Translations under genes and position numbers: made by a program
Virus record (IMG/VR): IMGVR_UViG_3300017747_003884
Location: 1 to 36,996 of that record
Length of the DNA stretch: 36,996 nucleotides
Direction: 5' to 3' (one strand)
From: a virus
Taxonomy: Duplodnaviria > Caudoviricetes
Shown here: in pieces, positions 1 through 8,880 of the stretch
Layout: each line of letters opens with the position of its first letter
How positions within the stretch are numbered: the first letter of the stretch is position 1
The notes under the pieces: model-generated
The model's database searches: none
The model's input: the letters and a program-made list of their open reading frames with translations, nothing else
What the model was told of the DNA's origin: nothing

Positions 1-75
1 AACAAGTTCCAGACGCAGATTCGGCGGATCATTGACGACGCGATCTAGCCAGGCCGGGGGGCTTGGGACGATGCG

Positions 76-510
76 ATGGCGACGACGATAACGCAATCCG
101 TGCTGGCGCGGTTCGCTGCGGCGGCGATTAGCGAATTCTCTACCTCGGGCGGGTTGTGGCTGGAAGAGGCGCCAGAGGGTTCGCCGCTGCCGCTGGCGGG
201 CTTTACGCATGGGGGGGAGCGGCCCGAATACACGACCGAAGAGGCTTACACCGATGCCGGATCGATCGATTTCGACATCTACGCCGTGACAGTCGCCGAG
301 ACGGAGCGCCTGGCCAAATTGGTCCTCAATCTATTCGATGCCTGCGTCAAGAATCCAAGACTTCTCGACTTCACGGGTGGTTATGTGATTAGCTGGGAGA
401 GAACGAACTATCGCATCGGGGTCGAAGGCTTTCGTCGGGAAGACAACAAGCAAATTGGCCATGCAACATTCAGTTACAGCTACGTCACCCAGAAGAGTTT
501 GCCGACATAA
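76..510 (+). CDS. Putative tail completion/terminator protein
   Basis: 144 aa, just upstream of the tail tube gene; 'IDFDIYAVTVAETERLAKLV' pattern typical of tail terminators. Confidence 0.65.
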   Translation: MATTITQSVLARFAAAAISEFSTSGGLWLEEAPEGSPLPLAGFTHGGERPEYTTEEAYTDAGSIDFDIYAVTVAETERLAKLVLNLFDACVKNPRLLDFTGGYVISWERTNYRIGVEGFRREDNKQIGHATFSYSYVTQKSLPT

Positions 511-557
511 CAAAAACATGATCTCAGCGCAGCCGGGGGGCTACGTGGAGAGTCATT

Positions 558-983
558 ATGGCAACAGTCTCAGTTACCGCGGCGAATGTTACGCTGGCTG
601 GCACGTCGCCCAACGGCTTGCGTTCCGGCAAACTCGCCGAAACGGTCACCGGCGGCCAAGTCGTCATCCAAAAATCCTCCGACAGCCTGTGGTATAAAGC
701 CGACGCCAACGGCGGCACGGCAGAATATGCCGGTTCCGTCGCTATCGGCATCGCCATGGGCGGCGGAACGGCCGGCGTCTGGATCTCAATTCTTACCAGC
801 GGCTCCTACACGGTCGGCGGCACTTTGGTCGCTGGGAAAACCTACTACCTCAGCGAAACCGCGGGCGGCATCGAGGACGTTTCGCCGCCGACAACGGGAA
901 GTTACGCCACGACTCTGGGCCTTGCCACAACGACCGCACTTTTGACGCTTTCCCCCAACGTGACCGGCATCGCCGTCGCCTAA
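558..983 (+). CDS. Small virion structural/decoration protein (Gly/Thr/Ala-rich, beta-rich)
   Basis: GGAG RBS; composition and position in the structural operon. Confidence 0.55.
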   Translation: MATVSVTAANVTLAGTSPNGLRSGKLAETVTGGQVVIQKSSDSLWYKADANGGTAEYAGSVAIGIAMGGGTAGVWISILTSGSYTVGGTLVAGKTYYLSETAGGIEDVSPPTTGSYATTLGLATTTALLTLSPNVTGIAVA

Positions 984-997
984 CAGGAGACTGATCC

Positions 998-1405
998 ATG
1001 GCATTCATTGCCTACTCCGCGAAAAACTGCAAGGTCCGATTCGGCGCGAACACAATTACCGTGCGCGGTTGGAACGTCGATCCCAAAGTGGACCGCCAAG
1101 ATTCCAGCAACAGCGAAGGCGGCGGTTACAAGCACGGCGAGTTTTGCCTTGCTGAGTGTAACGTCTCTATCGACCTGCACGATAACGGGCTCGGCAACCT
1201 GTACGACCTCAGCATCAAGCCCGGTGTTCGTTTTGCCAACGTGCTTCTGTACCTGAACGACACGGCGGGGCCGAAGTGGAACTTCGCCTACTTTGACGTT
1301 TTGACTGTGCCGATGAAGGCGAACGTCACAGACCTCATGGGGCTGACGATCACAGGCGTCGCCTACGGATCGTGGACCTACCCGACCGGCAACGCCACAA
1401 GCTGA
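998..1405 (+). CDS. Major tail tube protein (siphovirus type)
   Basis: AGGAG RBS; 135 aa beta-rich; directly precedes the chaperone-TMP block. Confidence 0.7.
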   Translation: MAFIAYSAKNCKVRFGANTITVRGWNVDPKVDRQDSSNSEGGGYKHGEFCLAECNVSIDLHDNGLGNLYDLSIKPGVRFANVLLYLNDTAGPKWNFAYFDVLTVPMKANVTDLMGLTITGVAYGSWTYPTGNATS

Positions 1406-1413
1406 GGAGCGAT

Positions 1414-1884
1414 ATGTCGGAGCTTGCACAAGCATTGGCGGTCGAAGACACGATTGAGCACGAAGGCGTCGTCTATCGTGTCGGCCCGATCACGCTCGAA
1501 GTGATGGCCGGGGTTGAGGATTGGCTTGAACGCGACACCATCGAAGAACTCAACAAGTTGTTCCCGAACAACTTCAATGCCGTCGTACAGGCCATGACGA
1601 CATCGATTGCGTCGGGGGTGTTCAAGTTCACGTCGATCCCAACGCAAATGCGAATCGGCGAACTCGACGGGCGCCAAAAGTTCTGGTTCCTCCGCATTCG
1701 CCAGAATCACCCCAATGTCGATGAGCAGACCATCCGCGATGCCGTCGAAAACCAATGGGTGGCGTGCATCCGAATCGCCCAAAAAGAGGCTGCGGCACGG
1801 GCGGCCCTCGACCCAAACGCCGAAACCCCCGCGCCGAACGTGGCGACGGGGGAAGCGAAGATGGCATGTCCTGGCGAACCTTGA
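1414..1884 (+). CDS. Tail assembly chaperone G
   Basis: GAGGAG RBS, ATG 1414; between tube and TMP; contains an in-frame slippery heptamer C CCA AAC. Confidence 0.75.
   Translation: MSELAQALAVEDTIEHEGVVYRVGPITLEVMAGVEDWLERDTIEELNKLFPNNFNAVVQAMTTSIASGVFKFTSIPTQMRIGELDGRQKFWFLRIRQNHPNVDEQTIRDAVENQWVACIRIAQKEAAARAALDPNAETPAPNVATGEAKMACPGEP
1812..1818 (+). other. -1 programmed frameshift site (CCCAAAC)
   Basis: X XXY YYZ in the G frame (GAC CCA AAC); the -1 frame is open to 2231. Confidence 0.75.
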
Positions 1885-2231
1885 TCGCGAAGATCATCGA
1901 CCAGACAGGATGGACGTTTGACACGGTTCGCAAATTGACCTGGTTGCAAGTTTGTGACATCGTTTTTCATCCGCGCGACAAGCACGGCAACATTGCATTC
2001 GGCGGCAATTCGGCGGGCTACACGGAAGAGGATGCGTTCCGCGACCGCTGGCGAGCGTGGGGGCTTCGCGAATGGATGATCGATCAGAAATGGCGTGAGT
2101 TCCTTGAAGTCGAAGGGGCGTATCGCCAGACGCTTGAGAATCAGTTTCCGCGGCTTAGCGACGACGAAATCAACCGTCGCGTTACTGCTAAGTGGCAGGA
2201 TGTCATTCGCAAGCGAAAATGGGGCCGGTAA
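1812..2231 (+). CDS. Tail assembly chaperone GT extension (T domain; possible own ATG at 1866)
   Basis: -1 frame ORF 'GWTFDTVRKLTWLQV', typical of T domains; stop overlaps the TMP ATG. Confidence 0.7.
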   Translation, partial: PKRRNPRAERGDGGSEDGMSWRTLIAKIIDQTGWTFDTVRKLTWLQVCDIVFHPRDKHGNIAFGGNSAGYTEEDAFRDRWRAWGLREWMIDQKWREFLEVEGAYRQTLENQFPRLSDDEINRRVTAKWQDVIRKRKWGR

Positions 2232-3325
2232 TGGCAGGCGCAAAACTCGCTGAACTGTTTATCGACATCTCCCTCCGCGGCGGCGCCAAAGTGGAATTGA
2301 TGGCGTTGCGCGATCAAATCGACGCCGCCGACAAATCTCTTACGAACAGCGCGACGCTCTACAAGTTGCAGACACAGGGCAAGATCGACAACATGAAGGA
2401 ACTGGCGGCGCGGCAAGCAAGCTTTGCACAGTTCGATACCGCAACTTACAAGTCGAAGGAATACGCTGACGTTGCCTCTGAGCAGGCCCAGGCGGATCGG
2501 CTCCAAAAGCAGGCACAAGAAGCTAAGAGTTATGCCCACTTGACCGCGGAGTATGACAAGTTCGGGGTGGCGCAAGGCAAGATCGCCAACATGAAGGAGT
2601 CGGCGACGAACGAGGCCGCTATCGCGACGCTTGACAGCAAGACGTACAAATCCAAGGAATACGCCGACTACGCCGCCCAGCAGGCCCAAACTGACCGTTT
2701 ACAAAAGCAAGCCCAGGAAGCGAAGAACTACGCGCACCTCACCGCAGAGTATGGGAAGTTTGGCGCAGCGGTCATTAACGCGAAACAGAAGTTCGCGGCT
2801 ATGTTGCCGTGGCCGCTAAATCAGATCGCGAACTCAGCAACCTTGCCCATGGCGGCTTTGGCAGCGACGGGCGCCATGATCCACGCTGGCAAGGCTTCCA
2901 GCCCGGAAGCAGCATCGACGATGGACAAGAGCACGCAACTTTTCTCCATGGCCGTGGGCGATACGTTCGTCCCGGTCACGATGAAGGCCGCGGGCGTCAT
3001 GCAATCGCTCGCGAACGCCGTCAACAAGGTCAACCAGAGCGGGTTCTGGCAGTGGGGCGACGATTCCGCGCTCGGCAAGGGCATCAGCAATGTCATGGAT
3101 TACATCAATCCGTTTCGCTGGTTTGGCAATGAAACGGAACTCTCTCTCCCGAACTCTCAAGGTCGTTTCGGTTCTGTCGATTCCGGTTGGCGAGATCTCA
3201 TGCAGGCCAGTTCGACGGGCGGGCCGCTTGAAACGCGGATCATGCAGCAGCAACTTGAAGCGTTGCAAAAGCTGATTGAAAACACGACCCCGAGAGATCA
3301 GCCTCGGCCGGGGAATAATCGATAA
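2231..3325 (+). CDS. Tape measure protein (short, 364 aa)
   Basis: N-term 'KLAELFIDISLRG', Ala/Gln/Lys-rich helical, follows the G/GT chaperones. Confidence 0.7.
   Translation: MAGAKLAELFIDISLRGGAKVELMALRDQIDAADKSLTNSATLYKLQTQGKIDNMKELAARQASFAQFDTATYKSKEYADVASEQAQADRLQKQAQEAKSYAHLTAEYDKFGVAQGKIANMKESATNEAAIATLDSKTYKSKEYADYAAQQAQTDRLQKQAQEAKNYAHLTAEYGKFGAAVINAKQKFAAMLPWPLNQIANSATLPMAALAATGAMIHAGKASSPEAASTMDKSTQLFSMAVGDTFVPVTMKAAGVMQSLANAVNKVNQSGFWQWGDDSALGKGISNVMDYINPFRWFGNETELSLPNSQGRFGSVDSGWRDLMQASSTGGPLETRIMQQQLEALQKLIENTTPRDQPRPGNNR
2375..2765 (+). repeat. 198-bp (66-aa) tandem duplication inside the TMP
   Basis: QGKIDNMKE...TYKSKEYAD...DRLQKQAQEAK.YAHLTAEY.KFG occurs twice, 198 bp apart. 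Confidence 0.9.
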
Positions 3326-4479
3326 TGGCGATTTTCAAAACACCTAAAGGCGAACTCACTTACACCGAATGTTTCGAGGAAGGATCGCCGCACGTCCATG
3401 GGGAAATCGACCGCAGCTATGGAACGCGGTATCTGTTCGTCCCGTGGACGCAAGCGGAAAATTTCCATGTGTGCGCGTTGGGATGGCCAGAACTCGGCAC
3501 GTCGGCCGATGGCGGGGCAGGCTACGCAACGATTCGGCGCCAGACGCCGTGGGCGTTCCCGCTGCTGAACACGTTCAATTCCACGAACTCAGCATCACGC
3601 CGCAACATGTACTGCTCGCGGTCAAGTTTTATTGGCCGGTTCAAGCCCGAGGGCGAGTTGCCTGTCGTGATGTTCGATGGCGATCCCAACGGGAACGGCA
3701 CGCCATACGCTGCACGATACAAGACAGCCAAATTCACGCTGCACTACGACACGCCGCTTTATGACATCATGAGCGATGCGGAATTCGCCAACGTCTCAGC
3801 GGACTTGGACGAATCAACCTGGAAGCGGTACGTCACGCGAATGCCGCGCCCGCAAGCCGAAACATTCTCCATTGATGCGGGCGTTGGCGCGTTCTATTAC
3901 GCCGGCATTGCCAACAGCGGAAAGGGGCTGCCGATCGCGCAAACCATCAAGAAAATCTTGATGAGCACGAATCTCGCGGTGACGTGGCATCAGATCCCGG
4001 AGAACGCCGTCCCGTTCAGCCTCTACAGTTTGACCGATCCGACATCAACGAGCAATCCGGCCATCGATAAATGCATCGGCTGCGTCAACGACCGCACCTT
4101 CAACGGATATCCTCAAGGAACGCTGCTAATGCAGGCGGTGGAAATCCGGCCGATCAAGTCGATTTTGAATGCCCGGCTCTACGACATCACGTACATGTTC
4201 AAGTATTTTCGACCGCAACTCGCCCCTTATCGTTACCCAGAATTCCCGGCCGATTTGAACGTGACTGTGGGCAACAATCACGTTTACTTGCCGAAACACA
4301 GAATCCCCGCCGCGTTACAGTCGGTCCACGAGGCGGGCTGGTATGAAGCTCTTTCAGATAAAGCGATCTGCATCGCTGCACCGAAGACGAATTTCGGGAC
4401 GAAGACCGCTGGCAAAAACATTTACGATTTCGCCAACTTTGCGAACCTGTTTCGGCCATCAAACTACGTAGGTGGATGA
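3325..4479 (+). CDS. Putative tail tip/hub protein
   Basis: 384 aa, translationally coupled to the TMP; position only. Confidence 0.55.
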   Translation: MAIFKTPKGELTYTECFEEGSPHVHGEIDRSYGTRYLFVPWTQAENFHVCALGWPELGTSADGGAGYATIRRQTPWAFPLLNTFNSTNSASRRNMYCSRSSFIGRFKPEGELPVVMFDGDPNGNGTPYAARYKTAKFTLHYDTPLYDIMSDAEFANVSADLDESTWKRYVTRMPRPQAETFSIDAGVGAFYYAGIANSGKGLPIAQTIKKILMSTNLAVTWHQIPENAVPFSLYSLTDPTSTSNPAIDKCIGCVNDRTFNGYPQGTLLMQAVEIRPIKSILNARLYDITYMFKYFRPQLAPYRYPEFPADLNVTVGNNHVYLPKHRIPAALQSVHEAGWYEALSDKAICIAAPKTNFGTKTAGKNIYDFANFANLFRPSNYVGG

Positions 4480-5801
4480 TGTCGTTTCCGCGATCCGCAC
4501 CATTCTCGGATTTTGGAGGGCGCGAAGGCGACGCGACTTCGGCAGCGTTCTTGCGCCACGTCGAGCGCGAGTTGTACGCTGTTGGCCAAACGTCTGCCGA
4601 GCCGCCGTTCGAGACGGTTACCGGGCCATGGGGGACGCAAATATCCCTCAACCGGGCGACGCTTGACTTGCGGCGTTTCCAACTGACCGAAGACCTGTCC
4701 GCGGGCAGTTCGGCAGAGGCGATTGTCCTTTACTATTCCGCCGAGAACGAAACGTGGGACGTGCCGGGGGAGACGTTCACGGTCTACGACTTCCTCAGCA
4801 GTTCCCGCGCCGGCGTCAAGATGCGGACGGGCGACAAGGGGCTAGCCAAATTCCATCCCGATTCGGCGTTGTGGGAACTGGTGGCGTCATCGCCGGGAAC
4901 CGGGTTTGACTCCGACTTCTTGCCAGCCAAGCTTACCGCTCGGACGATTCCATCAGCGACGTACATATACGAATGGGCAGAGCAGGAATTCCTGACCAAC
5001 GGGGCGAACGGTACCACCAAGTCTGGCGGGCGCAGCGGCACGGCGTCGGCATGGCCGGCGTATGAACTCAATAACCAATCTGTCGCGGTCGGAACCTACG
5101 TCTGGATGCGTCGCGGCTTCGAGGGAGATGCGGCCATCGTCAGCGTTACGCAGACCGCGGTTGGCAACAGCCTGGGAACTGCATCCGCGTGGTCTTTCTA
5201 CATCCGATACGCGACGGGCGGCACGTTCACGCTCACGCTTAACCGCGGCACGACATCAGCACTGGCCTACAACGCGAGCGGGGCGACGATCAAGACGGCA
5301 TTAGAGACGGCCAGCGGGCTTACGCTGTCATCGTTCAGCGGGGCGGGGACGCTTGCCAGCCCGTATACGTTCTCGGTCGCTGGGGGCGACTACGGGGTGT
5401 TTTTCTTGGCGGCGAATGCAAGTGGGTTGAAGGATGGCGGGGATTTTCGGTTTACCGCTTCGGACGGAAGTGTGATCGGCGCGTTTGGCTGGATCCCTAC
5501 AGACGTAGGGGACAGCGGCACCCCGTACCCCATTCTCGATAGTTGGGAATGTCACGTCGTGCTCAACACTGGCAACGTAACGCTTACGCTTCCCCCTTCG
5601 CCAGCATCTACTTATAAGGGCTTGCGATTGCGAGTAATCGGCGTTGATTTGAACGGCTATACGATCACCGTTGACGCATACCCTTCCGGTGGCTCGCCAC
5701 AAACCATCAACGGGGCCAATCCGTACACCATCTCGACAGATTGGGTCATGCACGAATTCGTTTACATTTCCGATATCTATGGATGGGCGGCGTTCTCGTA
5801 G
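4476..5801 (+). CDS. Putative tail tip/fibre protein
   Basis: 441 aa Gly/Ser/Thr-rich; C-terminal 'VTLTLPP...ITVDA...QTING' module common in phage tail proteins. Confidence 0.6.
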   Translation: MMSFPRSAPFSDFGGREGDATSAAFLRHVERELYAVGQTSAEPPFETVTGPWGTQISLNRATLDLRRFQLTEDLSAGSSAEAIVLYYSAENETWDVPGETFTVYDFLSSSRAGVKMRTGDKGLAKFHPDSALWELVASSPGTGFDSDFLPAKLTARTIPSATYIYEWAEQEFLTNGANGTTKSGGRSGTASAWPAYELNNQSVAVGTYVWMRRGFEGDAAIVSVTQTAVGNSLGTASAWSFYIRYATGGTFTLTLNRGTTSALAYNASGATIKTALETASGLTLSSFSGAGTLASPYTFSVAGGDYGVFFLAANASGLKDGGDFRFTASDGSVIGAFGWIPTDVGDSGTPYPILDSWECHVVLNTGNVTLTLPPSPASTYKGLRLRVIGVDLNGYTITVDAYPSGGSPQTINGANPYTISTDWVMHEFVYISDIYGWAAFS

Positions 5802-5808
5802 TTTTCCA

Positions 5809-6132
5809 CTACCTCTTAGAGATAACCATCAGCAGCATCGCCCACAAACAGAACACGAACAGCCCCACGAAGACCGCCAAATACGCCGCTGGCATGACTT
5901 TTTTGAATTGAACCGCATAAATGCCAAGCCCAAGCCCAGCGACGCCAAGAAACAACCCAGGGCAGGCGCATGCGTCGAAAAGCATCCGGGGCAGGCCGAT
6001 TGATGTCAGAAATGAAAGGCCCGATACGGCAATGAGTCCCAGGGCGATGAAGTCGAGGCGTTTGTAAATCACGGGGCACCGCGGGTTTGCGACATCGGTT
6101 TTCAAGTGCCAATCGTACTCCCGCCGCTCCAT
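5809..6132 (-). CDS. Small multi-pass membrane protein (moron-like, opposite strand)
   Basis: 107 aa with about 3 hydrophobic segments; AGGA upstream; convergent on the tail gene. Confidence 0.6.
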   Translation of the reverse strand: MERREYDWHLKTDVANPRCPVIYKRLDFIALGLIAVSGLSFLTSIGLPRMLFDACACPGLFLGVAGLGLGIYAVQFKKVMPAAYLAVFVGLFVFCLWAMLLMVISKR

Positions 6133-6239
6133 CGCGGCAATTCAATTCCTGCGCAACGCTCCTCAAGACGCTGAACGCCGGGACGGGGCCGTAACTCTGC
6201 TTTGCAATAATTGATGCGTCGTGTAAACTTGCGAGATCG

Positions 6240-6280
6240 AAAAAGAAACGGACCACGGGTGTCAAACCGGGTCCGTTTCT
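6240..6280 (-). terminator. Intrinsic terminator-like hairpin
   Basis: 11-bp inverted repeat AGAAACGGACC (6244-6254)/GGTCCGTTTCT (6270-6280) followed by a T-run on the - strand. Confidence 0.65.
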
Positions 6281-6382
6281 GAAAAGCAAAACATCAGCGA
6301 GCATCTTACCGCGAAGCACGGAAGAGTTCAATGCTTGCACACTTTTCAGAAATCATTTCTTTTTCGATGTGACCAACAGAGT

Positions 6383-6737
6383 CCATCGAACCGATGGCCC
6401 AAATTGTCCGCAGCAATGCGGAGCGGTTTTGCCCCCTTGAACTCACCGCAGCCCAAAGGCTCAGGGGTGAATGAGAACGCGCCGGGTTAAAAGCTCCCCG
6501 GCTTGTCTGGACGGGATTCCACGGATGAATCTCGGTGTGCGGCTGAAATCCTGGCAACGCGCTGGTGATAGATCCAGCATCGGGCATGCGCCCAGGTCGT
6601 TTCCCGGTTAAACCGGGCCTCACAGCACTAAGGCCACGCACCGCCCAGAGACAGGCGTTTAATCGATTCGGGAATACCGGGAAGCAATACCCTTCATCCA
6701 TACGGTGAGGCCAAGGGAATGCCCCGCTGTCGGCATT
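6383..6737 (+). ncRNA. Candidate large structured ncRNA, family unassigned
   Basis: Numerous hairpins, a GCAA tetraloop, long-range helices with G-U pairs favouring the + strand, no credible ORF. Confidence 0.6.
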
Positions 6738-6766
6738 GAAAGAATTCGCCCTATTCCCAACCCCCT

Positions 6767-6795
6767 TTGACCTAATTTCGCCACCCGGCTATCAT
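6767..6795 (+). promoter_or_regulatory. Sigma70-type promoter
   Basis: TTGACC-N17-TATCAT upstream of the 6842 gene. Confidence 0.7.
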
Positions 6796-6841
6796 CAACC
6801 CATCGTCGCCAACCTCCGGGGGGAGGAACGGGGCGTGATTC

Positions 6842-7933
6842 TTGCCAGCGTACAGCGGTCTTCTCTGGTCAAACGCGGGCCTCGGCGTCCTCTCCCGCCA
6901 GTCGTGCGCCGCCGTTGTCGGCGAAGCCTGCACCTTCGACTTCACGCATTACAGCGGCACGGTCGATGTGACCGGCTGGACCCTAAAAGCCACCCTCTCC
7001 TCATATCCCGCCGAAGGACTCGTCAAGTCGTGGACCGATTCCAGTTTCAGCAACAAGACCAGCAGCGGCGCCTTTCGGCTGACCACAGCGGCGACCGATA
7101 CCGAACTGCTCGCATCCCGCGCCTGGGTCTTGGAAGTTCGCCGCGTCAATAGCTCGGCGGAAACGGTCCTCACTCGCATTTACTGGACGTTGTCCGACTC
7201 CGCATCGTTCGATTCCATTCCGGTCAGCAATGCGACGCTCCAAGACCTTGCGCACGGCGGCACCGAGGCGAACTTGTCGGCAGCGGGGCCGGGTGCGGTC
7301 ATCCAATCCAGCACGGGCGGGGCGATGTCGGTTGTCTCTTACGCGACGTTTGCCGGGCTGATTTCGGGCACGTATCAACCCTTCGACGCCGACCTGGCCG
7401 CCATCTCTGCCCTCAGCGGCACGGACACGCTCTACTACCGCTCGGGCGCCAATACCTGGTCCGCGGTCACGTTTAGCGGATGCACGTTCTCGGGCGGGGC
7501 GCTGACGGTTTCGGCGCCTGCAAGCGGAAGCATCACGTCCGCGATGTTGCGAGACTCGGCGGCACATTCGGTTATCGGGCGAAGCGCAAACTCTGTCGGG
7601 GCGCCTGCCGACATCGTTGCTCCCCCTGGCGTCGTAAGTATGCTTGTCTGCCAAAACGGCAACATTGTCGGGTTTACCTCCCCTCCGTATGTGGAGGGAA
7701 ATTCCGTTCTCGGTGCGTACCCTTATTTCAACAACCAAACAAGCACCCTCGTATGGCAGCCGTGCCTCTTCATCTACGCACTCGCCAACGGCACCATTGA
7801 GCCGGACGACTCCCTGCTCGACATCAGCAAGGCCGTGATGTGGCTCGACCCGACCGAGGGCGCGGCAAAGATCAAATTCAAAGCCTACGACGACGCCGGC
7901 AACCTCGTCCGTGCGTCGATCAACCTTACCTAA
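6842..7933 (+). CDS. Tail fibre/baseplate-associated structural protein (start uncertain, TTG)
   Basis: N-terminal Ig-like/BppU-like pattern 'VDVTGWTLKATL'; fibre-like 'YQPFDADLAAIS' and 'SITSAML' motifs. Confidence 0.6.
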   Translation: MPAYSGLLWSNAGLGVLSRQSCAAVVGEACTFDFTHYSGTVDVTGWTLKATLSSYPAEGLVKSWTDSSFSNKTSSGAFRLTTAATDTELLASRAWVLEVRRVNSSAETVLTRIYWTLSDSASFDSIPVSNATLQDLAHGGTEANLSAAGPGAVIQSSTGGAMSVVSYATFAGLISGTYQPFDADLAAISALSGTDTLYYRSGANTWSAVTFSGCTFSGGALTVSAPASGSITSAMLRDSAAHSVIGRSANSVGAPADIVAPPGVVSMLVCQNGNIVGFTSPPYVEGNSVLGAYPYFNNQTSTLVWQPCLFIYALANGTIEPDDSLLDISKAVMWLDPTEGAAKIKFKAYDDAGNLVRASINLT

Positions 7934-7949
7934 CCCAAGGATCTGCACC

Positions 7950-8486
7950 ATGACCACTCACGTTTTCCGCCGCAAGTACGGCCGTGCCAGCAACGCCTTG
8001 CCGACGAAGGCGTACACCGTCGCCATCCCTTTGGAAAAAGCGGATGGCAGCGGCTTCGCGACTGCTGCCGACTACACGCCCGAGAGCGGCGATGTCGTCG
8101 TTCGGACATGTCACGCCTCGGCCTATGTGTACGGCGCCTCGCCGATTGCGGCCCTGCCCGTTGCGGTCCCGATGGGCAACGTGGCTCTGTGGGAATTTTC
8201 CTTTTCCGAGTCCGAAATGACCGGCAAGCGGATCGATGTCATCGTCTCGGATGCTGGCCCGGCCAAGGCGATCAAAGACGCCCACATCGTAATCGAGACG
8301 TTCGGTAACGCGATGGCGATGAGCACGCTTGACGACGCGGACGGGCATTGGATTCCAACCGGCGATGTGTGGTTCCAAGACATCAACATCGCCGGTTTTA
8401 AGCTGTGGCCGTCCACGAGCGGCAACGTGCCGGAAGTTAACGCGGACATCAACATGTTCGGCGTGATCAACGACCTGTCGTCGTGA
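7950..8486 (+). CDS. Hypothetical structural protein
   Basis: AAGGA RBS, ATG 7950, beta-rich. Confidence 0.55.
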   Translation: MTTHVFRRKYGRASNALPTKAYTVAIPLEKADGSGFATAADYTPESGDVVVRTCHASAYVYGASPIAALPVAVPMGNVALWEFSFSESEMTGKRIDVIVSDAGPAKAIKDAHIVIETFGNAMAMSTLDDADGHWIPTGDVWFQDINIAGFKLWPSTSGNVPEVNADINMFGVINDLSS

Positions 8487-8506
8487 TAACTGGCGACATT
8501 TTAACC

Positions 8507-8536
8507 ATTGACCTGTCAATATTTGACCGATAGGGT
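8507..8536 (+). promoter_or_regulatory. Promoter with overlapping palindromic operator
   Basis: TTGACC(8508)-N17-TAGGGT; palindrome ATTGAC-CT-GTCAAT at 8507-8520. Confidence 0.55.
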
Positions 8537-8553
8537 ATCGGAAAGGAATCACG

Positions 8554-8880
8554 ATGTTCGGCGAATTCGATTGGCTTGCGGCGGCTGACCGAGTGGGGTT
8601 TTCCCCGGTTGCGTATGCGGGCCTCGCGTTCGCGCTGTGGGCCACGATCAAATGGATTGCGGCCAATCTCGTGATGCCGGTGCGCGACCGGGCTTTCAGG
8701 TTTTTGGACAAACTTGAAAGCAACGTGGACAGCATGAGCGATAATCTCGATCAGCAGACAACGACGCTGAAAGAGATCCACGGCACGCAGATCGATGTTC
8801 AGCGGTCGATGAAAATGATTGCGGATCAAGGATGTGGGATTCGCGTGCGGAATGGCGTCGATCACGGGGAGCGGGGATGA
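8554..8880 (+). CDS. Holin-like protein (one TM plus coiled coil)
   Basis: AAGGA RBS; TM 'VAYAGLAFALWATIKWI' then a heptad-rich tail; lysis position. Confidence 0.5.
   Translation: MFGEFDWLAAADRVGFSPVAYAGLAFALWATIKWIAANLVMPVRDRAFRFLDKLESNVDSMSDNLDQQTTTLKEIHGTQIDVQRSMKMIADQGCGIRVRNGVDHGERG

Noticed and set aside
2375-2765. TMP duplication as a DGR template/variable repeat pair
   Set aside because: Differences are mostly synonymous and not adenine-specific; no reverse transcriptase in the window
6306-6701. 131-aa - strand ORF over the structured region
   Set aside because: No clear RBS, no recognisable motif, atypical composition; G-U and GNRA polarity favour a + strand RNA
6736-7152. Arg-rich + ORF with a well-spaced GTG at 6835
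   Set aside because: Off-frame shadow of the 363-aa structural gene; only leaves that gene's start uncertain
7001-7957. 318-aa antisense ORF
   Set aside because: Typical stop-poor antisense frame of a GC-rich gene
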